64,000 nt of DNA, taken from assembly GCF_009914755.1 (NCBI RefSeq), contig NC_060935.1; one strand, written 5' to 3'. Below, piece after piece: positions 12,982 through 30,109 of the stretch. The translations under genes were made by a program, and so were the position numbers. The notes under the pieces were generated by a model. That model saw nothing but the letters and a program-made list of their open reading frames with translations. It was not told the DNA's origin and ran no database searches. Position 1 is the stretch's first letter. Every line of letters starts with the position of its first letter. The DNA is from the human T2T-CHM13v2.0 reference genome, Homo sapiens.

Positions 12982-14621
12982 GTATCATGCTGCCCAGGAG
13001 TTTCAGGGCCTTGGAATGCAGACTCAAAGCAGATTGAGTCTGCTCATGCCCAGTTCTCTTTGGGGAGCTGGGAGATGGGTTATGGTCACCAGAGGCCACA
13101 GCCAGATCCCGGGGCCTCCCTCCCCAACCCTGCAGGACATGGCCTGCTCATCATCCCCTTGTAATGGAATAGGCACAATTCCTTGGATAGGTTGGCGGGG
13201 GCGTGATGTATGGGCATGCTCAAGTTAGATGTTCTGGGGAGGAGGCAATGGTGATTGTCAATCCCAGAGTTATGGAGCTGTGAGGGAACAAAGAGAAGGC
13301 AATATCCTGGTCCACCAGGTGACATTGTCATCATATCAAGGGCACCCTAGGAAAGATCTCCCAGAAATAACCAGGCTCAAAATGAACCTATTAATTCTTT
13401 TTCTTGTGTTTGTATACTCATGCTATATATGCACTTATGCACAAATGCCTGGTTGCCATTGTGTCTGCCTGTATTCTTGGTCACATTTGGATACCATTTT
13501 GTTCTAAAGGCAAAAATATTTAGCAGTTTCTAAATGAGGATTACATCCTGGTTTTTCAATATATTCATGGAGGGTTTAAGAACATTGTAGCAACCTTCCT
13601 GGCAAATTAAAATGGCGGGAAAGATTGAGCTTTAAAGTCCGTGGATTTGTAGGCCACCAGAAAGCTATCTTTATTGTTGACAATATATAAAAACTGAGGT
13701 GACCCCACATCATACAGCCCTTGATTATTGAGTGGGCCAAAAGTAGGAGGAAAAAGCTTCATTTTAATGCAACTTAAACCGTCTTATGGTACTTCTCCAA
13801 TCTCATCTCGTATATCCTGTAGTAATGGGCTTTGTTTTAGTTAGCCCAAGTTTTGTCACCTAGTCAGGAATAATGGCCTTAGCCTTATGGAACATTTGTA
13901 ATGGATTGCTTATTGATCAGAATGTCAAAAATGATAGATTTTCACTCTTCTGCCTGCCTAAAGGAAATCTCTAGAGAGAGTAAACTCAAATAAAGCCCGA
14001 AAGGATAGTGTGAAATTCCAGAGTTAAATTTGGGATTTGCATTTGAGGAGCTGATTTCTGTCCCACTAATAGAAAACAAAACTGCATCAAATGGAACAGA
14101 AATTGCTCTTCCAAATAACCTATTATTTTTTGCAACTTTTACCTGCAGAGTTAAATTCACCTTAACAAAAAGTCAACTGAGGAACTGCTAAATATTTTTG
14201 AAACCCACATATGCTGTTTGAAACTGTGAAAACCAGCTAGATTAAGAGATGTGGTGTTTACTTGGATACTTTCTTTATCAACATTAGAATTAAACCCTTA
14301 GCTAAGATTTCAGCCCCACTCATGTGTGTTATGTGGATTTAATGTACATTTCAGGGCTTAAACCACAAGGCTGCTGCTTGGCAGATCTTTCTACATCAGC
14401 TTAAAAGTAGATTTTTGTCCAGAGTGACCCAGTGTATATCTTTGACCTACAGTGAAGGACAGAAATAATATCTATCTCAGATGAATGATGCTTTTGAATT
14501 CTATATCTTTTCTAGGAATAGCTCAACAGCCAAGCTAGACCAGAAAGGTTATTAAGATTTGTGCCTACTGAGGTTCTTTAATAGGTTGGCACTTCTGGCT
14601 TGTAGCTATGATTTCATTTTT

Positions 14622-14922
14622 TTTTTTTTTTTTTTTTTTGAGACGGAGTCTCGCTGTCGCCCAGGCTGGAGTGCAGTGGCGCGATCTCGGCTCACTGCAG
14701 GCTCCGCCCCCTGGGGTTCCCGCCATTCTCCTGCCTCAGCCTCCCGAGTAGCTGGGACTACAGGCGCCCGCCACCTCGCCCGGCTAATTTTTTTTTGTAT
14801 TTTTAGTAGAGACGGGGTTTCACCGTGTTAGCCAGGATGGTCTCGATCTCCTGACCTCGTGATCCGCCCGCCTCGGCCTCCCAAAGTGCTGGGATTACAG
14901 GCGTGAGCCACCGCGCCCGGCC
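14622..14922 (-). mobile_element. AluY, Ye5-type
   Basis: Full dimer, CpG-rich. Ye-type features on the minus strand: GGGCGAGGTGG, CCCCAGGGGGCGGAGCCTGCAG, GACAGCGAGAC. TSD gatttcattttt. Confidence 0.9.
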
Positions 14923-17900
14923 GATTTCATTTTTATAGAATGAGAATAATAGCCAGGAACTAAAACACATTCATACTTGCTAAATATGGAGACAGGTGTC
15001 CAGCAGAGACTGTCTCAAGCCTAGTAGTGACTACTTTTTATATAATTCTGCTATCACTATAGATCATTTGTCTTAATCTTAGATCATTATTTCAGCCCAG
15101 CTACATTGGTTGTATTGTATTTCTTTTACTTGCCTTCAAGTTCACTTTATTGGAACATGAGTGAATCGGTATTAAAACAAGTCCTCCAAATCAGCTGGTG
15201 ATGTGACACCAGACTGACATATTTGCCTAAGTGAAACCCTATATAAGAAAATTTGCCATTTCTGTTAATTATATATTGACGTCAAAGAGGCGTATTGTCC
15301 ATCTTACACTGTGGATAGCTAATAATTAAGAAAACAAATATAGGCTGTTCATGAACTGGTTGGAGTACAGAAAATAAATTTCACTTTTACTTTGGCAGCC
15401 TCTCCTCATGTTCTCCTCCATCCGAAGTTGCTTCTATATAATTAGGAATCAAGATTACTAGCATCACTGTAATTGTAGGAGTGGAAAACAACCATTTTCT
15501 TTTTAAAATCAGGGTGATATGCTAAGCAAACAAGAATAGATGATTGTATCTAATTGGTCAGGTAAAGAATCCTCCTGAGATTTAGATCACATAAAATGCT
15601 AAAATCATAGATGTTCGGAAGGCACCTTTTGAGGTCATCCAGTCTCACCTGGCACCCTGGCCTAGCATCCTTGCCAGGAAGCCAGTCCGTCCCTGTCTGA
15701 AGCATGATGGTGTCAGTCCTCTGCAGGGGAGTTGGCCAATGCTGAAGAGCAGAAAGAGCTACTTCCTTGCCCCTTCCTCTACTCAGTCCTCCTAGCCTCT
15801 GCCACTCAGTCCTTTGCATGAGAGACATTAAAAACTCTCCGACTTTCCTCCAGTCCACTCCTCTTACCTTGAACATACCAGTTATTTTCACTATTTCTCA
15901 TATGGCATAGTTTCCATACCTTTTATCTTTCTGGTTGTCTTATACGAGATAGTTTCAGTTCACTAGTGCTCCCCTAAAATTTTGCTGTGCTCAGTGTAAT
16001 TAATGCAGACTTCAGGAGGGCTACTGCCTCTTTGATCTGGATGCCATCATGCAGAAAAAGGCACATTAGCTCTTAGCAGTCTCCTTATTCTGTTGCCTCA
16101 TATTGAGCTTGTGGTCAACTAAAATGCTCAGGTCTTTTTTACATGATCCCCATTTAAGCCACATATCCCCTATCCTGTTCTTATGCAATTGATTGGTTAA
16201 CCGATATTGCAGAATTTTATATTTATTTATGTTAAAAATTGCATTTTGTTTGTTGCAGCTCAGTGCTTCTCAACAGGGTCATGGTGGCAATTTGGGAAGA
16301 GGCTTCCTTCACTGGGACTGTACTATGCATTGCAAGAAACTTATCATCTCTAGTCCCCTTCCTGTTAAATGCCAGTAGCCACCTCTAATTGTTACTAAAA
16401 ATATGACACATACAAACACCCTGTGGCTTGAGAATGACTGTTTGAGTCCATCTTTCTAACCAGTCAGGACTGACTTTCATTAGAAATTCACCTTAGAAGT
16501 CTATGTGTCCAGGGCACTTCAACCCATGTGTATATTAAAAGTAAAGTAGTAGAGTAGTCAGTGGAGATCCCAGCCTAAGCATAGAGCCCAAGAGCAGGCA
16601 GTCCAGTAGCCTTCCCAATGCAGTCGTCATCTAACATTTGTATTAGCTGTTGCTTCCAACCTTGTATGAACACTTATTTGCAATATCTTTGTCCAAGTCA
16701 CTGATAGAAATGTTGACTAGAACAAGGTCAAGTACAAAGCCCTTAGACTGCCACAATGGCTTCCTTCTGGCTCGGTGGCTCAGAAGGTAGGCCACTTGAT
16801 GCCACGGTGCCACAGTGCTCTCTCATGGTTTGTATGACTTTAGTGGAAGGTTCAATGATTCCTTTAACAAAGTTAGTTACAATATTAGCAAGTTAAAGCA
16901 GTTTTGTGTTTTGCTTCACTGCTGAGTTTAGTCTAGTATTAGTCTTCTTAAGGGAAGAGGTGGAAAAAAGGCATTCAACCATAGACATATAGTTACTGAC
17001 TTTCTAATGGAATACCAATGTTCTTGTTCATTATAAAAGAAGGGGGGAGATAAGCAAAAACAAGTACAATGAGCGTGAATGTCACACTCTACCTTTGATC
17101 ATGTCTCTGTATTGAGTCTAGTTACTCATTTGAGAATGACCATTACCAATCTGTTAAGCTTCAGCTAGTTGAGTTGGTTTAGCTCGACAACTGATAATAG
17201 CTAGGGTACCTAATTGTTTGGATCATCGAGATCATTAAGGTAGATCAGCTGTCCAAAAGTTGATGCATTTCCTAGTAGTTACTATTACATTGACCAAAAA
17301 AATTGACCATCATAATGGGTCAATTTGATCATCTGTATGAAAGTCATTGTGATACCTCAGAAAGCTTCTGCTTCCATGTTATTTCACTACTCATCCTGCC
17401 CAGATTCCTTTTAAATATTGCCAGGTGTTTGAGTGAGTGGTGCTAAATTCCAGGTTTCATTTACTTACTGACTGAGACCCGTGGATGATGATTTACGTAC
17501 TCTATCCCTGGCAGAAAAAATCCATCATATGCCTCTTTGAACATCTCTATGCCTTTGAAATGACTGACAAAGGCCTATGAAGCCTTATTAAGGAAAGGAG
17601 AGCAGTGAAGAATTGAGATCAGAAGAGATAGGAAAAATGAAAAGCATTCTGTGAACCTTGAATCTTAGGCTGACAGAATATCCCACAAGTAAGAGAGAAC
17701 TTTTGAAGTTCTGGATTCTTTGGAAGCTGGAGTTTCCTTTTCACGAGAAAAAAATTCCTCATTCAGTACAAACCCAGGGCCCGCTTTTAAACACTGGAAA
17801 AGATGACTGCATTAAGCAATCAGTCTGGTTTATCCAGCGTGTGGGCACATGAATAATGGAATACCTAAGAAAACTATAGAAATGCTTCACTTTATTTTAT

Positions 17901-19060
17901 ATATGTGTTCCTGCAGACTTGTGTGTAACACAATAAAATATGAATATCAAAACAACCTAGAACAATTTTTGGAGGATTACTAATCACACTCTGATTTATT
18001 TCATAAGTGTGTACATTTGCATATCAGGTTGTCCTAATGTGGGTCACACATTCACCAAATTGTTAGGGCCGAGATATTTCCTATCTTTCCACCAGGCACA
18101 AAAGTAGAAGGTTATGTTACTGGAAGCTTTGTGTTACTAGCAACTACTTATTCTAAAAGCCACAGAACCATAGTGATTTGGGAGAGACACAAGGATAATC
18201 AGATTTGAAAAAACATACAACTCAATGTGATAGAGTCTCTCAAAAGAAAGATCTTGATTCCTGCAGCCCTGGCATGTAACCGACAAGCTTCTAAGTGATG
18301 TGGAATTGGCAAGCACATTTGACGTGTTGGCCCACCGTTACTTTGGTCTCTGCATGTTCCTCTGTTCTCACCTTCTTCTTCATTCCCACATCATGTGACA
18401 TAACTCGATATTTCCATCTCATTTCTCACAAAAGTTCCTTGCATTTAGTGGACTCTTACTAAATGTTTGCTAACTTATTTGCATTCCCTGGGTTGCGTTG
18501 CTATGATTCTGGCATCTTTTCTATCCTTTTTCCATCTGAACATCAGAGACAATCGGGCAGTCTTGCCAGGTAATAAAAAGAACAATGCAGCTATCATGTC
18601 TTTGAATCCTAGTATGAAAAACAGATAAACTGTAAGGAGAATAGATTCCCAAGTGCTGGAGAAATAAAAAAATCTAGATGTGGGTGGAAAATCCCTCTAA
18701 CCTCTGTGTCCCTGGGTTGGCTTGCAAATGCCAACTTGTGAATGGAATGCCATGTTTGATGGAGATGGTACATGCTGGAGTCCACATACCATCTGTGCAT
18801 TCTCTGCTGTTAAGGACTGGAGCCCTCCCTCAACCACTTCCATTTGGTATCCTCAAAGCTTCCTGACTCCTGGTCTCAAGGACTTCATACTTCTCATTCC
18901 TAGTGTACCTCTCTGCTCCTTGCTTTGTTCCTTTTTGGCAATAAAAATTTGATTTTAACAGAATGCATGCAAAGAGTTATAAAATGCATGAGCATTAAAT
19001 GGCATTAGTATATCTATGATAAGCTGCCTTATAAAATCCAAAGAAGGAGACCTATTCTCT

Positions 19061-19377
19061 CTCTCTCTCTCTCTTTTTTTTTTTTTTTTTTTTTGAGACA
19101 GAGTCTCACTCTGTTGCCCAGGCTGGAGTGCAGTGGTGCGATCTCGCTCACTGCAAGCTCTGCCTTCCGGGTTCACGCCATTCTCCTGCCCCAGCCTCCC
19201 GAATAGCTGGGACTACAGGCGCCTGCCACCACGCCCAGCTAATTTTGTGTATTTTTTTTAGTAGAGATGGGGTTTCACCGTGTTGGCCAGCATGGTCTCA
19301 ATCTCCTGACCTCGTGATCTGCCTGCCTCGGCCTCCCAAAGTGCTGGGATTACAGGCATGAGCAACCGCACCCGGCC
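19061..19377 (-). mobile_element. AluY-like with (CT)n/poly(T) tail
   Basis: Alu dimer; imperfect TSD aga(a)ggagaccta(t/c)tctct. Confidence 0.92.
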
Positions 19378-19764
19378 AGAGGAGACCTACTCTCTTAAGT
19401 GTCTCTAGATAATGTGGTTAGAACTAGTCATGTCACCAAATACTATGAGCAATATTTAAGGTATTTTGGAACAAGAGCAGTCTGGTCCTACTGGTATTCA
19501 TATCTAGGTATACCAAAGATTAGGAAAACCTGAACCTTTTGAATTATACATTTTAATGTGCCTAAGGGGGAAAAAAAGCTGGACATAAGCTAAATCCTAA
19601 ATTAAATTGTGTAATAAACACACCATTGAAAGTGGGCCTTGGAAAAAGTTCTGAATTAAAGAAAAGCTGCATGTGCACGGAATGCAGTGTGATACATTCT
19701 CTAAAGCAACATGTTGTAAAATTTTACTGCTTTCTTGTTGTGTTTTATATCTTGTTTTCTCCAG

Positions 19765-19794
19765 GCTTCGTGGACTCGACCAGAGAAGCAAGAG
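19765..19794 (+). CDS. NCAM1: NCAM1 VASE alternative microexon (ASWTRPEKQE), 30 nt, phase 0-0
   Basis: ttttctccag|GCTTCGTGGACTCGACCAGAGAAGCAAGAG|gtatag; the peptide is the known VASE insert. Confidence 0.97.
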
Positions 19795-22604
19795 GTATAG
19801 CTTACCTGACCACTAGCCAGTCTTTAGTTTTGAAAGCATTACAGTTTAACTCACCATTGCAGTTTAATAACCAGACATGCTAAACTAATTAGTAATTTAG
19901 CTAAAGAATAGGTCGATAGTGGTAGACATTACTTAGCAATAGTATCATTTTAGGATGAGCAAGCAAGCTGTGTTGGGAGTGGATGAACAAATCCATATTA
20001 TTTCCTAAAACTGGATCTTATTCTCTTGCTGGTGCTGGTAAAATCACATCCAGGTAATTACACCAATAGAAATAAATTGCCCCCAATTCCCAGGCCAGGC
20101 ATTTTGAAATGGTGAAAGTTTTTTGACTCACATGGTTGATGTGGCTCTGGACCATAAAGTCACAGAGTTAGTGATCTAAAAACCCACTCCTCCCTTTCCT
20201 TTCCAGCTCAACTCATCTTGTTGCTCACTTATTTTATAATGATCAGTCTTGGTAAATTATCACATCACGTTTCATCTCAAAAGCAATGCAAATGACATCT
20301 CTCGTTGGTTTTCCCAAATTGCTAAACGTATCTCTGTTACTTTTATAGAGCATTAAATTTATGAGATTAGAATGATGTGGTACAAATGGTTTTATGTTTT
20401 TTAAAGTCAGTAGCATTTAACCTTTGAAATTTCTCTGACTCATTGCTTCAGTTTGGATAATGTGGGACTTAGTTTGAAAACTGAAGTTAAGTATTAATCT
20501 TTAGGCTTTGATTGCCACATCTCAAGACCCTACTTATGATCATGACTATAATTTTTTACCCGATTTATATGAAGTAACATATAGTGAAAATGAAACCAGT
20601 GGACTTCAGATGAGATTCAAGGATCTAATCTCTAAGGACTTTTTTAAAGTTGCCTTTGCCTTTTATCCAGATGGGGCTTTGATCGTGTAATGCTATAAAT
20701 GCAGAACATCATGATCCTATAGATTCTGTATTTTAATTTGGTAAATCTATCCCTTAGTCTTTCAGAAATGATAATTATTCAGAACGTATAACTCAAGTGT
20801 TCAGGTCAAGGCTATACATATTTATATGCTGTTTAATATTTAAAAGTTGACTGCCTGTCCCCAGGCACTGATCTTAGTTTCTGCACATGAACAGGCTGCC
20901 ATTGTCAAATTCAGTTCATTATAAACTTCCTGTGTATAAGACTGTCCTCCCTGTCATTGGGATGACTGTTAAGTGCACAGCCTCACTGAGAGGCTTCCCG
21001 CCTGTGGCACAGGAATCACTTAGTGCTGTCACAGGTTGGGTGCTTTATTGTCCAAAAGTCATGGACCCACTGGGATTGGGGAAGAGAGAGAAGGGTTAAT
21101 TATCAGCCACTCTTAAGCAGCTACAGATCTCATTCTGCTTGGCCTCATACAACTTTCCTTGTCATTCTCATTTAGAGCTGGTTGAGGAGGAGCTGAGATT
21201 TATCAGGGAGCATTAAGGAGATGTTAAGAGAATTATTATTGTAAGTGGAAGTAATAGGTTTACTCCCATGAAAGCAGACACCTCACTCTGTTTTTCAGAA
21301 GTGTCCTTATCATGAGTGTCTTACTTTGGACGTAATTGACTTTCAAGTGAATGCTGCCCCTAGGGCTCAGAAGTTCCATTCTCTCCTGTTTGTCTCATTT
21401 GGAGATGAAGACCATAAGTCCAGATGAGTGCAAAAGAAGGCTCAGGTTATGGCCAATTTCATTTTGTAAGTTCTAAAAGCATTAGCACTTTTACCTGGAA
21501 GGAGGGAGACAAAAACATTTTGATGAGAAGAATAATTATCATTAACCTTCATATTTTTGGGGAAAAAAGGAGTTTTCTTGCCATCAATATCTTTTCATAC
21601 TTGCCCAGAGCTCATCTCCTCCTTCTGCTGCAGCCTGGGTGGTCAGCATGACTTTTTGTCTGGATGGCTGGTAGGTGGCACACCCTGAAGTTGTGCAGGA
21701 GCCATAGTAAAAGCATTTCAGGGGAAGATAGTCTAATGACACTGGAGTCTATCTGTGTATCCTCAAAGGGAGAACTGGGCATCTGGCAGATAATTCCATC
21801 ATCAAATCTGTAGTGAGCCTACTGCAAAATAAGAATTCTCTTTAGAAGGCTGGTCTGTGGACATCATTAAACAGGAGAAATTTCCACATGGAGAAATTTC
21901 CTGAAAGAAACTAGATAGGAATTAAAAAAAAAAAGTATGGCTGTTCACGCAACTGTTTTCTAAGCTTCCCTTCAACCATTTCTAGACTATTCTGAGTAAA
22001 GACTTGGAATATCCCCTGCTTTGTTGTCGTTAAGGTCCTGTTCTTGCGTACATTCATTTCTCTGCCTCTTTTGTTACAACATCTCTTCCTTATGGAAATG
22101 TTCTCTTGACTTCCAGAAGAGTATTGTTCAATTTCCAAGTTTGTGTGTGGTGGCCCCAGGACAAGTCTGGTCTGTGTCACAAAGAATTTTAGTTCAGTTG
22201 CTGGTTGATATCACAGAGATCACCAGAAAGGCCAGGGGTTGTCCTTAAGTTCCCTCTGCCTGCAGTCCTGCTTTGTTTTGGACAAGTAGGAGTGACAAGC
22301 AGGTCAGCACAGCCCTTTAGAGATACCTGCAGGGATGGCCCCATGCTCTCAAGGCCACTAGTCTAGACTCACGGGTAAAGACTTGTGTATGATGTATGAA
22401 AATAGCCCTGGAGGTAGGGGCGGTTCCAAGATGGCCGAATAAGAACAGCTCCAGTCCACAGCTCCCAGCATGAGCGACGCAGAAGACGGATGATTTCTGC
22501 ATTTCCAACTGAGGTACCGGGTTCATCTCACTGGGGACTGTCGGACAGTGGGTTCAGGACAGTGGGTGCAGCGCACCGAGCGTGAGCCGAAGCAGGGCGA
22601 GGCA

Positions 22605-22868
22605 TCACCTCACCTGGGAAGCACAAGGGGTCAGGGAATTCCCTTTTCTAGCCAAGGAAAGGGGTGACAGACAGCATCTGAAAAATTGGGTCATTCCCAC
22701 CCTAATACTACACTTTTCCGATGGTCTTAGCAAACGGCACACCAGGAGATTATATCCCGCGCATGGCTCAGAGGGTCCTACGCCCACGGAGCCTCGCTCA
22801 TTGCTAGCACAGCAGTCTGAGATCAAACTGCAAGGCGGCAGCAAGGCTGGGGGAGGGGCGCCCGCCAT
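22605..22868 (-). CDS. L1 antisense ORF0-like frame (87 aa, MAGAPPPALLPPCSLISDCC...)
   Basis: The last 87 aa of ORF 22605..22994 match the known primate L1 ORF0 N-terminus; gcaATGG Kozak context. Expression unknown. Confidence 0.55.
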   Translation of the reverse strand: MAGAPPPALLPPCSLISDCCASNERGSVGVGPSEPCAGYNLLVCRLLRPSEKCSIRVGMTQFFRCCLSPLSLARKGNSLTPCASQVR

Positions 22869-23444
22869 TGCTGAGACTTCAGTAGGTAAACAAAGCAGCC
22901 AGGAAGCTCGAACTGGGTGGAGCCCACCACAGCTCAAGGAGGCCTGCCTGCCTCTTGTAGACTCCACCTCTGGCAGCAGGGCATAGCCAAACAAAAGGCA
23001 GCAGAAACCTCTGCAGACTTAAATGTCCCTGTCTGACAGATTGGAAGACAGCAGTGGTTCTCCCAGCATGCAGCTTGAGATCTGAGAACGGACAGACTGC
23101 CTCCTCAAGTGGGTCCCTGACCCCCGAGTAGCCTAACTGGGAGGCACCCCCCAGTAGGGGCAGACTGACACCTCACACGGCCAGGTACCCCTCTGAGACA
23201 AAATTTCCAGAGGAACGATCAGACAGCAGCATTTGCTGTTCACCAATATTCGCTGTTCTGCAGCCTCCGCTGCTGATACCCAGGCAAACAGGGTCTGGAG
23301 TTGAGCTCTGGCAAACTCCGACAGACCTGCAGCTGAGGGTCCTGACTGTTAGAAGGAAAACTAACAAACAGAAAGAACATCCACACCAAAACCCCATCTG
23401 CATGTCACCATCATCAAAGACCAAAGGTAGATAAAACCACAAAG

Positions 23445-24460
23445 ATGGGGAAAAAACAGAACAGAAAAACTGAAAATTCTAAAAATCAGAGAACCTCTTC
23501 TTCTCCAAAGGAACGCAGCTCCTCACCAGCAGCGGAACAAAGCTGGATGGAGAATGACTTTGATGAGTTGAGAGAAGAAGGCTTCAGACGATCAAACTTC
23601 TCCGAGCTAAAGGAGGAAGTTCGAACCCATGGCAAAGAAGTCAAAAACCTTGAAAAAAGATTAGACAAATGGCTAACTAGAATAACTAATACACAGAAGT
23701 CCTTAAAGGACCTGATGGAGCTGAAAACCACGGCACGAGAACTACATGATGAATGCACAAGCCTCACTAACCAATTCGATCAACTGGAAGAAAGGGTATC
23801 TTGATGGAAGATCAAATGAATGAAATGAAGTGAGAAGAGAAGTTTAGAGAAAAAAGAATAAAAAGAAACAAACAAACCCTCCAAGAAATATGGGACTATG
23901 TGAAAAGACCAAATCTACATCTGATTGGTGTACCTGAAAGTGACGGGGAGAATGGAACCAAGTTGGAAAACACTCTGCAGGAAATTATGCAGGAGAACTT
24001 CCCCAATCCAGCAAGGCAGGCTAACATTCAAATTCAGGAAATACAGAGAAGTCCACAAAGATACTCCTTGAGAAGGACAACTCCAAGACACTTAATTGTC
24101 AGATTCACCAAAGTGGAAATGAAGGAAAAAATGTTAAGGGCAGCCAGAGACAAAGGTCGGGTTACCCACAAAGGGAAGCCCATCAGACTAATAGCTGATC
24201 GCTCGGCAGAAATTCTACAAGCCAGAAGAGAGTGGGGGCCAATATTCAACATTCTTAAAGAAAAGAATTTTCAACACAGAATTTCATATCCAGCCAAACT
24301 AAGCCTCATAAGTGAAGGAGAAATAAAATCCTTTACAGACAAGCAAATGCTGAGAGATTTTGTCACCACCAGGCCTGCCCTACAAGAGCTCCTGAAGGAA
24401 GCACTAAACATGGAAAGGAACAACTGGTACCAGCCACTGCAAAAACATGCCAAATCGTAA
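23445..24460 (+). pseudogene. L1 ORF1p, disrupted
   Basis: MGKKQNRK... start. Frameshift near 23800 and TGA near 23831. C-terminal part in ORF 23900..24460. Confidence 0.95.
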
Positions 24461-24523
24461 AGACCATCAAGGTTAGGAAGAAACTGCATCAACTAACGAG
24501 CAAAATAACCAGCTAACATCTCA

Positions 24524-28343
<3,820 letters not shown>

Positions 28344-29660
28344 ACAATGAGAACACTTGGACACAGAAACAGGAACATCACACACTGGGGCCTGTTGTGG
28401 GGTGGGGGGAGCGGGGAGGGATAGCATTAGCAGATATACCTAATGTAAATGACGAGTTAATGGGTGCAGCACACCAACATGGCACATGTATACGTATGTA
28501 ACAAACCTGCACGTTGTGCACATGTACCCTAAAACTTAAAGTATAATTAAAAAAAAAAAGAAAAAGAAAAGAAAATAGCCCTGGAATGTATCAGCACTGT
28601 CAGCCCTCAAAAATCCAGTATCTCCAACAAACTGGGTGTCACAAGGCTTTCTAGTGAAGTGTTCCACACCTGTTTGTTGTCATCTCTCATTAATGTGTGG
28701 CATCTCCTGGGATGCATCTTTCAACCAACCAGCATCCCAGATTTATAGGTCAAAGCAGAGGATCAGAGAACTCATCCCAGGGAGGAATGGCACTTGCAGA
28801 AATGGGCAGCCATGACTTTGCTTGACTCTTCTGTCTTCTTGCTAGAGTTGTTTTTTAGCTTCCAGACATGAAATGCATTGGGGCTCAGATGACCGGAATA
28901 GGCTAGATCTGTCAGTGATGGTCCAAGGGACTTTTCATTGGTAAATCTGCTGAGACTGCTGAACAAGGCTAGTGATGCCTTGCTTGTGAGCTTCCTAATC
29001 TGGCTGCTGTATGACATTGCAATTCTGGGCTTCAGGGCCCCAAACCAGCATATCCAAAGAACCTGAAGCCAATTGTTCTGTCATTCTTTAAAGACCCAAC
29101 GCATGGGATGGCAGATGCCAGGTGCAGAATATAACCTCCTGTCCATCCCTACAGAACATCATATACTGGAGACAAGAGGGCCCAGCCTACCCAGAACAAG
29201 ACCCTTTCTCCAGATCACTAACTTTCTTGAGGATCTGAAGTTAAGCCACATGCCTAGACTCTTCCTGGGCCAGCAACCATTTTACTTAGAATGTCAAGGG
29301 GAAATCCCCTTGGAAATACTCCAGTACCCATTGCCTAAGGACTATGTGCTTATTCTCTTTTTGACCAATCATTATAATTCCAGAGATTTAGGAAGCCCAT
29401 TGCTGTATCAAGGACTATAAAATGGTGGTGGCCAAGGTGTCAAGGATCCCAGACCTGCCTAGGACTCTCTGTGCCATTGTCCCTGGAGAGAGAACCCAGT
29501 TACTCTCACTTCCAGTGCAGTGGCTCCTGATCTTTGAGTTGTTTGGCTTGTTTTTACATGTGATTATTTCACTTTTAAACATCCAGGAAAGAGGCATCTG
29601 CAGAAATAAGGATTTCTTTAATAATTTCTTATGTTGGGCACTTGGAATGTCCTGCCACAG

Positions 29661-29738
29661 GTACATGCACCATGGAACTGGCAAGTGGGCAGACAGAAAG
29701 GACAGGCTGGCAGTGCAGGTTTCCCAGGATCTCATGAG
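29661..29738 (+). CDS. NCAM1: NCAM1 alternative 78-nt Ig4 insert exon (VHAPWNWQVGRQKGQAGSAGFPGSHE), phase 0-0
   Basis: gccacag|GTACAT ... CATGAG|gtaggg. Open and frame-symmetric. I recall this peptide from a long annotated human NCAM1 isoform (not verified here). Confidence 0.75.
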
Positions 29739-30109
29739 GTAGGGCTGCTGCTGCTGCTGCTGCAATATCTGCTGGCCGGAGGCTTTGCTTCCATTTTAGA
29801 CATCCCAAACAAAGTCATCTTGGGGGACCTAGCCCCAAACCAATCTTGGTACTTAGATCAGGCTGCCTGACATAACTGAGTCTCATTTTCTGTTTCGGAT
29901 ACTCCCAGGTTCTCATGCTGCTTCCCAGTGCCTCCCCCATTAGATGGTACCTAAAGTAAGAAAGCCATTGACACAGAGAGGAGAGAGGAAGTGAGACGGG
30001 TCACAGACAAGTGATGGCCTAGTCTCCCAGCCCCCATCCTGCCATAGCACTGTTGCCCTTCACCCTGCCTTGGGCTCTGACATGCTCCCTTCCCCCCCAC
30101 CCCCGGCAG

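Noticed and set aside
17155-17215. tRNA-like A-box text (gctagttgagttggtttagctc)
   Set aside because: No cloverleaf or B-box visible; at most an ancient SINE remnant.
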